Below, piece by piece: positions 45,607 through 53,210 of a DNA stretch of 64,000 nucleotides. A model generated the notes under the pieces. It had not been told where the DNA came from. It did not search any database and saw only the letters and a list, made by a program, of their open reading frames with translations. Origin of the DNA: a bacterium (lineage in GTDB: Bacteria > Patescibacteriota > SICC01). A program made the position numbers and the translations under genes. The stretch is taken from NCBI GenBank assembly GCA_030699935.1, contig JAUYKS010000002.1, forward strand, positions 81-64,080, read 5' to 3'. Within the stretch, counting starts at the first letter, position 1. The number at the start of each line of letters is the position of its first letter.

Positions 45607-45696
45607 CGGAGAGGGTGGGATTCGAACCCACGCGCCGGCTGATGCCGACCTACAGGATTAGCAATCCCGCCCCTTAAGCCACTTGGGTACCTCTCC
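45607..45696 (-). tRNA. tRNA-Ser (anticodon GCU)
   Basis: GGAGAGG..CGGGA-TTGCTAA-TCCTG, long variable arm, GTGGG-TTCGAAT-CCCAC, CCTCTCC-G. Confidence 0.8.
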
Positions 45697-45875
45697 GTGT
45701 GCGGTTGAGCCGCGTCGCGATGTTAACGCATCTCCAGTGTAGCTGACCTGCCCGTTTGATTAAGAGGAAAATTAATCATACAGTTGAAAGTCATCTCAAG
45801 GCCTTAACAACCCGCCTAGTCATTTCTTCACAACCCGGAAAAAGCTGCTCCCGTTACCGACAAGAAAGAGGACCG

Positions 45876-46142
45876 ATGCCCACGATAGCTCCACCGGATA
45901 CCCATGAGATCGTACGTAACGATCCGGAAGTCGTCCCGAACCCCATCATTGATGAGGAGCCCGAGCCCGAGGAAGAGACTCCCGACGAGGGAATCTGCCA
46001 CCTGCAGGACGATAACTGTCGCACGCTGTGCGGCGCCGATGGCCTGGCCATGCCGCTGAGCGGCCTTCAGAACCCAAAGGCCTCCCCCTGCGAAGGCGGT
46101 TGCGGCTATGCCCGCTGTCAGCAGTGCGTTTCGTTCGTGTAG
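45876..46142 (+). CDS. small cysteine-rich protein with acidic N-terminal half (88 aa)
   Basis: MPTIAPPDTHEIVRNDPEVVPNPIIDEEPEPEEETPDEGICHLQDDNCRTLCGADGLAMPLSGLQNPKASPCEGGCGYARCQQCVSFV*: 7 Cys in the C-terminal 45 aa, no signal peptide; the track ORF starts at 45756, ATG 45876 preferred. Confidence 0.35.
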   Translation: MPTIAPPDTHEIVRNDPEVVPNPIIDEEPEPEEETPDEGICHLQDDNCRTLCGADGLAMPLSGLQNPKASPCEGGCGYARCQQCVSFV

Positions 46143-46254
46143 CTCCAGATCGGGTTGTGAAGTACGGGCGCGCGACAGGACCACAACTGAAGATTTCCAT
46201 CTTCAGCCTGCCGCCGCGCCCACCCGATTGACTAGGCAGGTTAAGGATAAAAAG

Positions 46255-47577
46255 TTACTGGTACGTCACACTTGGAGTTCGCGGCTGCAACGAAGTCGGC
46301 TGTACGGGGGTACCGAAGTAGTTGCCAAGGAGATCCTCTTTCGGGAGCCGGCCCGGCCCGGACGGGTCGTACCCTCGCTGGACCTCGGCGCCGTCCTTGT
46401 GTCCGTCGCCGTCCGAGTCCTGTCGTTTCGGGTCGGTCTCGAAGTACCGCTCCGCCAAATCGACCAAGCCGTCGCGGTCCCCGTCCGCCTCGGCTTCCCG
46501 CTCAAGCTGCTTGAAGGTCAATGACTGCTTCGGGGCGGAAACCGACATCGGCTCGTCATACTTCGTTATCGTCAGGGTGCTGTCACTGACAAAGCGCATA
46601 CCCCCGGCGTCCTCCCCGCTGATCTCATCGTGACTTTTCACTTTCCGGATGGTGCCGTCCCGCTTGGATACCCATACGTCGATCGGATCGTTCCGCTTCG
46701 GAGTGGGGATATCGCCCCGGAGCGACTTGCGTTCCTCGGCGGTCAGATCGCGGCGCGCCACTATCGGCGCGATCGCTTGGTAAAATTCCTGCAGGTTGTC
46801 GTAATCGATCTTCAGCCGGTAGTGCCGAGCCGGCTCTCCGCCGATCTGGTCGTCCTTTTGCGGCTTGATCTCCTTTACCAAAGGATGTTGTTTTAGGACG
46901 TCCTTGATCTTCTTAATCTCGTCTTCAGTGAGGGGCTTCAGGTAATCGTCCACCGTCTTGCCGTCCGAGTCCTTTTCCTTGGCGGTGTCGAACGAAATCC
47001 AGAAGTTCTCGAACGGCTTGAGGTTCAGCATCTTGTTTTGGGGCGCTTTGGTCATCGCCCCGTAGATAGTCTTCCGGAGATAGCGGAATTCCAGCTCAGC
47101 GTCACCCTGGCCGACGCTACCCAGCGTACCTCCCACGCCGAGCTTCAGCGAAGCTTTCGGACTGTCCGTCTCGCGCCCGTCGTAGTCACCGCTGTATTTG
47201 ACGGTGGCGTCGATGCGTTCCGCGGCCGGGTTCTTACTGTCGGTGCCGGCTTGTTTCACGTCTACTGCACCTTCGAAGTGGAGGGACCGTGCGGAAGCCA
47301 ACTTATCGGCTGCCCGGTAAAGTACCCGTTCCGGAGAAAGGTACACCAGGAAATACGCCGCGGTTCCGCCGGCGATCAGCAGCACCAAGGTGACTGCCAG
47401 CGCCGCTACTTTCCAGTTCAGGCGTCGCTTGGCGGGGGAATCGCCCGGTGCGGTTGGTGCGGGCGAGGCAGCGGCTTCGTCAGCCTGCCCAGCCGCGGCT
47501 GCCTGTCGGTACGCTTCGGCTTGGGCCGATTCAGCCTCGGTATCGACGGGGTTCCCGGGTTGGCCTGAATTGATCAT
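46255..47577 (-). CDS. membrane-anchored secreted hypothetical protein with Ca-binding-like DxDxDG repeats
   Basis: 440 aa; Ala-rich N-terminus, TM (WKVAALAVTLVLLIAGGTAAYFLV), Lys/Asp-rich body, C-terminal ..DSDGDGHKDGAEVQRGYDPSGPG.. Confidence 0.45.
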   Translation of the reverse strand: MINSGQPGNPVDTEAESAQAEAYRQAAAAGQADEAAASPAPTAPGDSPAKRRLNWKVAALAVTLVLLIAGGTAAYFLVYLSPERVLYRAADKLASARSLHFEGAVDVKQAGTDSKNPAAERIDATVKYSGDYDGRETDSPKASLKLGVGGTLGSVGQGDAELEFRYLRKTIYGAMTKAPQNKMLNLKPFENFWISFDTAKEKDSDGKTVDDYLKPLTEDEIKKIKDVLKQHPLVKEIKPQKDDQIGGEPARHYRLKIDYDNLQEFYQAIAPIVARRDLTAEERKSLRGDIPTPKRNDPIDVWVSKRDGTIRKVKSHDEISGEDAGGMRFVSDSTLTITKYDEPMSVSAPKQSLTFKQLEREAEADGDRDGLVDLAERYFETDPKRQDSDGDGHKDGAEVQRGYDPSGPGRLPKEDLLGNYFGTPVQPTSLQPRTPSVTYQ

Positions 47578-47641
47578 GACAATTAGAAAATTGCTTAATG
47601 GTACTACTTTTCAGCGTAACAGTCAAGCGTATGGGTCGGTG

Positions 47642-47725
47642 CGGAGGGTGAGGGACTCGAACCCCCAAGCCCTTGCGGGCGCCGGTTTTCAAGACCGGTG
47701 CAATAGCCAATTCTGCCAACCCTCC
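47642..47725 (-). tRNA. tRNA-Ser (anticodon UGA)
   Basis: GGAGGGT..CCGGT-CTTGAAA-ACCGG, variable hairpin GCCCgcaaGGGC, GGGGG-TTCGAGT-CCCTC, ACCCTCC-G. Confidence 0.8.
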
Positions 47726-47881
47726 GTGTTTCCAGCTTACCGCGCCAGCCGGTTGTCGGCATCGTCGGATCGGTGCACCATGGACTCTTGTCATCCCGGC
47801 GGAGACTTGACAGAAACACCTAAAAATGTTATGGTTACGTAATTTCTGTGGACATGCGTCCCCAGATCCAAACCATGCACC

Positions 47882-49900
47882 ATGGCCAATGACAATCTGA
47901 CAGCACGGGAAAAAGCCAAACTGGCCGACTTCGTCCGGAAGGACCTGGACGCCAGCCAACCTTCGGCGTCTGGAGCTACCGGAGCGGCGGCGGACGAGTT
48001 GGGCAGCGACCTGAAGAAGAACGAGGAAGGCCGCCGCAAGCAACTCAACACGATGACGCCTTCGGTGAAGGATGACCGCGAGGTGATCAAGAAGGCGGAA
48101 GCGGCCGGCAAGCACGCTCCGAACGTCGAGGAGGACGTAGACTTCTTCTCGCGCGGCGACGTCAGCAAGGTGGTCGACGAGCTCAAGGCCGAGAAGGTCG
48201 AGGAAAGACAACGCGTCGCCGCCAAGAAGGCGCAACTCCCGTTCGTGCGGCTGATCGGCTACCCGATCAGTCCCGAAGTCCTGGCGATCATCCCGCGCGA
48301 GGTCGCCGAACGGTACGGCATCATCGCCTACATCAAGGCCGGCCGGAAGGTCCGGCTCGGCGTACTGCGGCCGGGAACCAAGGAGACGGTGCAGGCGCTG
48401 GATTCGCTCGGGCGGGCCACCCCGTTCGACTTCCTGATCGCAGGCATCGGCGAGGACTCGTACCGCTACGCGATGCAGCTCTACGAGGAGCTGCCGCAAG
48501 CCGTGAAGTCCGCGTCGGACGTTTCGGTCGGCGCCGCGGATAAGCAGGCCTTCGAGACGGACATCAAGTCGTTCCTCGACCTCAAGGCGAAGATCACCAA
48601 CGTGCCGACGACCAAGGTCGTGGACACGCTGCTCAGCGGCGCGGTGAAGGTCGGCGCTTCCGACGTGCACATCGAGCCGGTCGAGGACGGCGTCCGCATC
48701 CGCTACCGGATGGACGGCGTGCTGCATACGGTCGCCGATTTCAAGGCGGACATCCTGGCCAGCCTGCTCTCGCGGCTGAAGTTCCTCGGGAAACTGAAGC
48801 TCGACGTGAACCGGATGCCGCAGGACGGACGGTTTACGATCAAGGAAGGTGGCGCGGACGGGTCCGGCGCGGACGGCGCGGAAGACTCCGGTTTGAGCGG
48901 GGCCGCGCAAGGCGGCAGCGACACCAAGTTCGGCTCAAGGAAGGCCGGTGCCAAGGCGCACGAGATCGACGTCCGCGTGGCGACGATGCCGTCGCAGTAC
49001 GGCGAAGCGATCACGATGCGGCTGCTCTCCCGCGACTCCGTGACGATCGGCCTGGACTCGCTCGGCCTGACCGGCGAGGCCCGGAAGACGGTCCTGGCCG
49101 CGATCGGCAAACCGCAGGGGTTGGTACTCGAGTGCGGGCCGACCGGCTCCGGCAAGACCACCACGCTGTACTCGCTGCTGACGCGGCTGAACGATCCGGA
49201 GAAGAAACTGGTGACGCTGGAGGATCCGGTGGAATACCGGCTGCCTGGCGTGATCCAGTCGCAGATCGATCCCGAACACGGCTACGACTTCGGCGAGGGA
49301 TTCCGCTCGGTGTTGCGGCTCGACCCGGACGTCCTGATGATCGGGGAGATCCGCGACCGGAAGACGGCCGACCAGGCGGTCCAGGCTGCGCTGACCGGAC
49401 ACATCGTGCTGTCGACGCTCCACACCAACGACGCGCCGACCGCGATTCCGCGGCTGAGTGACCTCGGCGTGCGTCCGTTCTTGCTGGCGAACGCGATCAA
49501 CGCGGTAATCGCCCAGCGGCTGGTCCGGAAGGTCTGCCCGCACTGCGCGGTCGAGACCAAGCCCGACGACACGGCGATGGAAGCGGTCCGGAAGGCGCTG
49601 AAGGGCCTGCCGCCGACGGCCAAGGACAGCCTGCCGCCGGAAAAGGAATGGCTCTTCATGAAGGGCAAAGGCTGCACCCGTTGCAACGGCACCGGCTACT
49701 CGGGCCGGATCGGCATCTTCGAGGTCCTGACGATCAACGAGGAATTGGAGCGCATGGCGATGAACCACGTTCCGGTCAGCCAGATCCGACAGGCCGCCCG
49801 GCAGGCGGGTATGATGACGTTGGAACAGGACGGCTTGCTGAAGGCCCTGGCCGGGGTCACCACGGTCGACGAGGTCTGGCGGGTCGCCCGGGACATCTGA
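47882..49900 (+). CDS. pilB: type IV pilus / type II secretion assembly ATPase (PilB/GspE family)
   Basis: T2SSE_N-like domain, Walker A ECGPTGSGKTTTLYS, Asp box, His box (..LSTLHTNDAP..), tetracysteine CPHC...CTRC; contains a low-complexity Gly/Ala/Asp insert (~nt 48840-48960). Confidence 0.85.
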   Translation: MANDNLTAREKAKLADFVRKDLDASQPSASGATGAAADELGSDLKKNEEGRRKQLNTMTPSVKDDREVIKKAEAAGKHAPNVEEDVDFFSRGDVSKVVDELKAEKVEERQRVAAKKAQLPFVRLIGYPISPEVLAIIPREVAERYGIIAYIKAGRKVRLGVLRPGTKETVQALDSLGRATPFDFLIAGIGEDSYRYAMQLYEELPQAVKSASDVSVGAADKQAFETDIKSFLDLKAKITNVPTTKVVDTLLSGAVKVGASDVHIEPVEDGVRIRYRMDGVLHTVADFKADILASLLSRLKFLGKLKLDVNRMPQDGRFTIKEGGADGSGADGAEDSGLSGAAQGGSDTKFGSRKAGAKAHEIDVRVATMPSQYGEAITMRLLSRDSVTIGLDSLGLTGEARKTVLAAIGKPQGLVLECGPTGSGKTTTLYSLLTRLNDPEKKLVTLEDPVEYRLPGVIQSQIDPEHGYDFGEGFRSVLRLDPDVLMIGEIRDRKTADQAVQAALTGHIVLSTLHTNDAPTAIPRLSDLGVRPFLLANAINAVIAQRLVRKVCPHCAVETKPDDTAMEAVRKALKGLPPTAKDSLPPEKEWLFMKGKGCTRCNGTGYSGRIGIFEVLTINEELERMAMNHVPVSQIRQAARQAGMMTLEQDGLLKALAGVTTVDEVWRVARDI

Positions 49901-49913
49901 CCGGACGAAAGCC

Positions 49914-51377
49914 GTGAAACAAAATCTTCGCAAAACCGCCTTTACCGTCGCGCTCTGCTCCCTGATCGGAGCCGGCTTGGCGATTCCTTCGGCGTCGGCG
50001 CAGGACAGCTTGGAAAAGGCCCGGGCGGATAAGTCGCTGTATCAGGGACAGCAGCAAGTATTGAATGAGCGTAAGCTTTCCTCCGCCGACGATCTCCGCC
50101 TGGCCAAGAAAACCCTAAGCAAGCATAGGCAGGTCGTCGCGGCGAGTGAGGCCAAGCTTGAAGAAGTCAACGAGCGCATAACCCGGCTTAAAGCAGAACG
50201 CGGGAGTGCCATGGAGGAAGCTTATGTCACCTCCGGACGCGAAAACCTGTTGTTCGCGCTGGTGGACTCGACTTCGCTCAGCGAATTCCTGCGGCGAGGC
50301 CAGTACACGATCTTTCTAGTCAACCGGAAGGAAGACCTGGTTACCTCGCTTGATGGACGAATCGCCGGGCTCGATACGGAGCGGCGTGATCTGGTGACGG
50401 CGCAGAATGCGCTGGAGGATGATATCCGGCGACTGGCCGATCAGATCGCCCTGCTGGAACTCCAGCTGAAAGCGAATGCCGACAACCTGGCCGATGCCGC
50501 AGCTCGTGAGGCCTACCTCAGTACGGTCACGGGGTGCAGCAACCGGAATCATCGCGACGTGACCAAGCAAAACGGACCGGTGGATGGGCGGTTCGCGTTC
50601 GTCGGCAGTGGGACCGACCATGGGCTCGGGATGAGCCAGTTCGGCGCGCGTGGTGCTGCCAAGCATGGTAAGAACTACAAGGAAATCCTGAATCACTATT
50701 ACCGTGGCACGCGACTCGATACTACCGATGCCCATGCTGGTTACCGCGGCAATCTGGATCGGTATGTAGCCGGTGTGGTCCAAGGCGAGATGGGCCAGTT
50801 CACCTCGGAACGATCTGCGCGTGAAGCGTTAAAAGCCCAAGCGGTCGCAGCTCGCAGCTTTGCCGTCGCCACGTTGAACTCCGGCGGCCAGCTTGATGAC
50901 ACGACCGGCACACAGGTGTACACGAGTCCGCGTGCCGCTGCCAGCCGCGTCGCCAACGACACGGCACGGCAGGTACTGACCTATGACGGTTCGGTAATCC
51001 CGGCGTACTACCACTCGACGTCCGGCGGCTGGACGGAAAACAACGAGAACGTTTGGGGTGGCCGACCGCTGCCTTGGCTGCGCGGCGTCGCGAGCCCGCT
51101 GGAGACCGATTCGCCCTCCTGGCGCTGGGAGTCCCGTGGAAGCTATTCCCGGTCCCAGATGGAGGACATCATGAACAGCGATCCGCTGACCAGCGTCGGG
51201 CGGCTCGAGACGGTGCGTATTGCCAAACGGTGCGTGTCCGGACGGGTGGCCGTAGTGGAGGTACGCGGCTCCCGGGGAACCAAGAAGGTCACCGGTAACG
51301 AGTTCCGGGACATCATGTACAGCGCCCCTGCTTCCGACGAAAGCTTCTGGTTGTCTACGCTGTTCGGGTTCCGGTAA
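49914..51377 (+). CDS. SpoIID/LytB domain protein with N-terminal signal peptide and coiled-coil region
   Basis: Signal peptide MKQNLRKTAFTVALCSLIGAGLAIPSASA; coiled-coil segment; C-terminal SpoIID-like ..GTDHGLGMSQFGARGAA..VVQGEM..QAVAARSFAV..YYHSTSGGWTEN.. Confidence 0.65.
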   Translation: MKQNLRKTAFTVALCSLIGAGLAIPSASAQDSLEKARADKSLYQGQQQVLNERKLSSADDLRLAKKTLSKHRQVVAASEAKLEEVNERITRLKAERGSAMEEAYVTSGRENLLFALVDSTSLSEFLRRGQYTIFLVNRKEDLVTSLDGRIAGLDTERRDLVTAQNALEDDIRRLADQIALLELQLKANADNLADAAAREAYLSTVTGCSNRNHRDVTKQNGPVDGRFAFVGSGTDHGLGMSQFGARGAAKHGKNYKEILNHYYRGTRLDTTDAHAGYRGNLDRYVAGVVQGEMGQFTSERSAREALKAQAVAARSFAVATLNSGGQLDDTTGTQVYTSPRAAASRVANDTARQVLTYDGSVIPAYYHSTSGGWTENNENVWGGRPLPWLRGVASPLETDSPSWRWESRGSYSRSQMEDIMNSDPLTSVGRLETVRIAKRCVSGRVAVVEVRGSRGTKKVTGNEFRDIMYSAPASDESFWLSTLFGFR

Positions 51378-51466
51378 GCGAAAGCCCCCGTCAATCTGAA
51401 TAGATCTTGGGGGGCGGGATCCCGCCAGCCGGATTGCTGGCGGGGGTAGCTGCGATGGTGCTGGAC

Positions 51467-52033
51467 TTAGTTGTAGAGCTTGCCTTGTCGCTCTTCGTTC
51501 CATCGGATCCACACATGGGTCTGGATGAGGAAATGGACTAGCCCGAAAGTCGTCATGAATGCCGCGATGCCGACAGGGTTGGTTCCCGCCTCGATAGAAA
51601 GCAGAACTCCTAGCGTCAGCCAAACCGGTGCTGAGCCAATCAGCACGATCGGGATGAACGGCCGCTTTGCCGCCTTCCGACGGTCCACATAACCGGCTTG
51701 CAGGACCATGACAACTGCCAGGTAGGCCGCAAGAATCCACCAGTCCAGCGTTCCGTGGTCGATCAGCCAAAGGGCCGCACCGACCTGGAGGCCGAGCGAG
51801 AGGACGGCGGTGTCCAGCTCGTGCCACAGTCCGCGACGGTCCGTGAGATAGAACAGCGTTCGCGCCATCCCGTCGAGCCCATGGCTGAGGATTCCGGCTG
51901 CGAACAGCCAGAATGCCTGCTCCCCGGTGATGGTGACTTCCGGTATGAACGGAAGCCCGGACAGGGCCGGCAATGCCAACAGGGCGATTACTGGCACGCG
52001 CACCAGCGTGATTAGATTCGGGAGCCAATACAT
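51467..52033 (-). CDS. CDP-alcohol phosphatidyltransferase family protein
   Basis: Start ATG 52033 preceded by an AAGGAGG SD sequence; MYWLPNLITLVRVPV.. and DGMARTL...D...D motif; 188 aa, multi-TM. Confidence 0.6.
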   Translation of the reverse strand: MYWLPNLITLVRVPVIALLALPALSGLPFIPEVTITGEQAFWLFAAGILSHGLDGMARTLFYLTDRRGLWHELDTAVLSLGLQVGAALWLIDHGTLDWWILAAYLAVVMVLQAGYVDRRKAAKRPFIPIVLIGSAPVWLTLGVLLSIEAGTNPVGIAAFMTTFGLVHFLIQTHVWIRWNEERQGKLYN

Positions 52034-52159
52034 GACCCCTCCTTTCCGTTCGACTTCCGTTTGCAGAACAATCAATCAAAATCGCGAGCGATTGCTCTGG
52101 GGCGGAAGCCGGCATGTGAAGGTCCGAGCCAGTAACAATACCGCTAACTTTTGCCTAAA

Positions 52160-53191
52160 TCAAGGTGATTTTTGGGAAATTCGGAATCCGAGCAGTTCCG
52201 CCCGACGCCGGTGCTCGGCGGCTTCCTTGGCGTTTCCTTCGGCCTTTTCCAGCTCGGATTTGAGGTACCAGGAGTATCCGAACCCCGGATCCAAGTCAAT
52301 CGAGATGCCGATGGCGCGGCGCGCGTCATCGTAGTCGCCGCTGGCCAGGTCGCTCGCCGCCCGAAGATTCCAGCCGTCGCGGTATTCCGGCTGCCGTTCA
52401 CTGGCGGTCCGGCCGATCCGGCCTGCCGCCGACCGCTCGTCCAGCTCGAGGAGCAGGCTGCCGCGCATGACTCGGCGACTGAAGGCTTCCTTCGTCCGGG
52501 CCATGTTGCGGAGAACGGGCGCGATCTCAAGGACGGCGTCATCCGGCACCGCGACGAGCCGGTTCAGGAACGCCGCCACGGCGGGGTCCGGGTGGATTAC
52601 CTGCGGGACGGTCGGGCTAAGCGAGCGCAAGATGACCGCGGTGCGGTCGGGGTCGTCGACCGATTCGGCGAGAATCGCAGGGTATGCGCCGACGATGCTC
52701 TGAGCTCCCGTGCTGAGCCGCGCGGCGGTAGCGAAGTCGGTCGCGTCGACGGCGGCGTGGGAAAGGCCGAGCCTGACGACGGTGTCGGCCGGGTCGCCGA
52801 GTTGGTCGCGGGCGGACTCGTAGGCCCCCAGGTTGTCCTGGGCCCCGGCGGCCCCGGCGGCGGCGCGGCCCAGCGCGGCGAACTTTCCGTCCGCGGCCGC
52901 GAAGTGTTCCAGCGCCCGCCGGTAGTCGCCGCGGAGGTAGGCGAGCGAGCCGAGTGACAAGGCGCGGTCTGGCTCGGGCGAGATCGCGTAGGCCAACCGG
53001 GCCTGCTGATAACTGGCGGCGACGTCGTGCCGCGCGAGCAGGGACCGCGACTCGGTATCGTACCGCTGGGCCTGGTCGGCGCGCCAACTGGCGGTCGCGA
53101 ACCAAACGATACCGCCGGCCGCCACCAGCAGGATCGCCGCGGTCGCCAGGGCCGTGGCAAACCGACTGACCCGCCGGATGCCCGGGCGCAA
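52160..53191 (-). CDS. membrane-anchored TPR-like repeat protein
   Basis: Start probably TTG 53191, just after the valS stop; the track's upstream part overlaps valS. TM (FATALATAAILLVAAGGIVWF) followed by Ala-rich helical repeats. Confidence 0.4.
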   Translation of the reverse strand: MRPGIRRVSRFATALATAAILLVAAGGIVWFATASWRADQAQRYDTESRSLLARHDVAASYQQARLAYAISPEPDRALSLGSLAYLRGDYRRALEHFAAADGKFAALGRAAAGAAGAQDNLGAYESARDQLGDPADTVVRLGLSHAAVDATDFATAARLSTGAQSIVGAYPAILAESVDDPDRTAVILRSLSPTVPQVIHPDPAVAAFLNRLVAVPDDAVLEIAPVLRNMARTKEAFSRRVMRGSLLLELDERSAAGRIGRTASERQPEYRDGWNLRAASDLASGDYDDARRAIGISIDLDPGFGYSWYLKSELEKAEGNAKEAAEHRRRAELLGFRISQKSP

Positions 53192-53210
53192 CCGCCGCCG
53201 CGCCTGCCGC

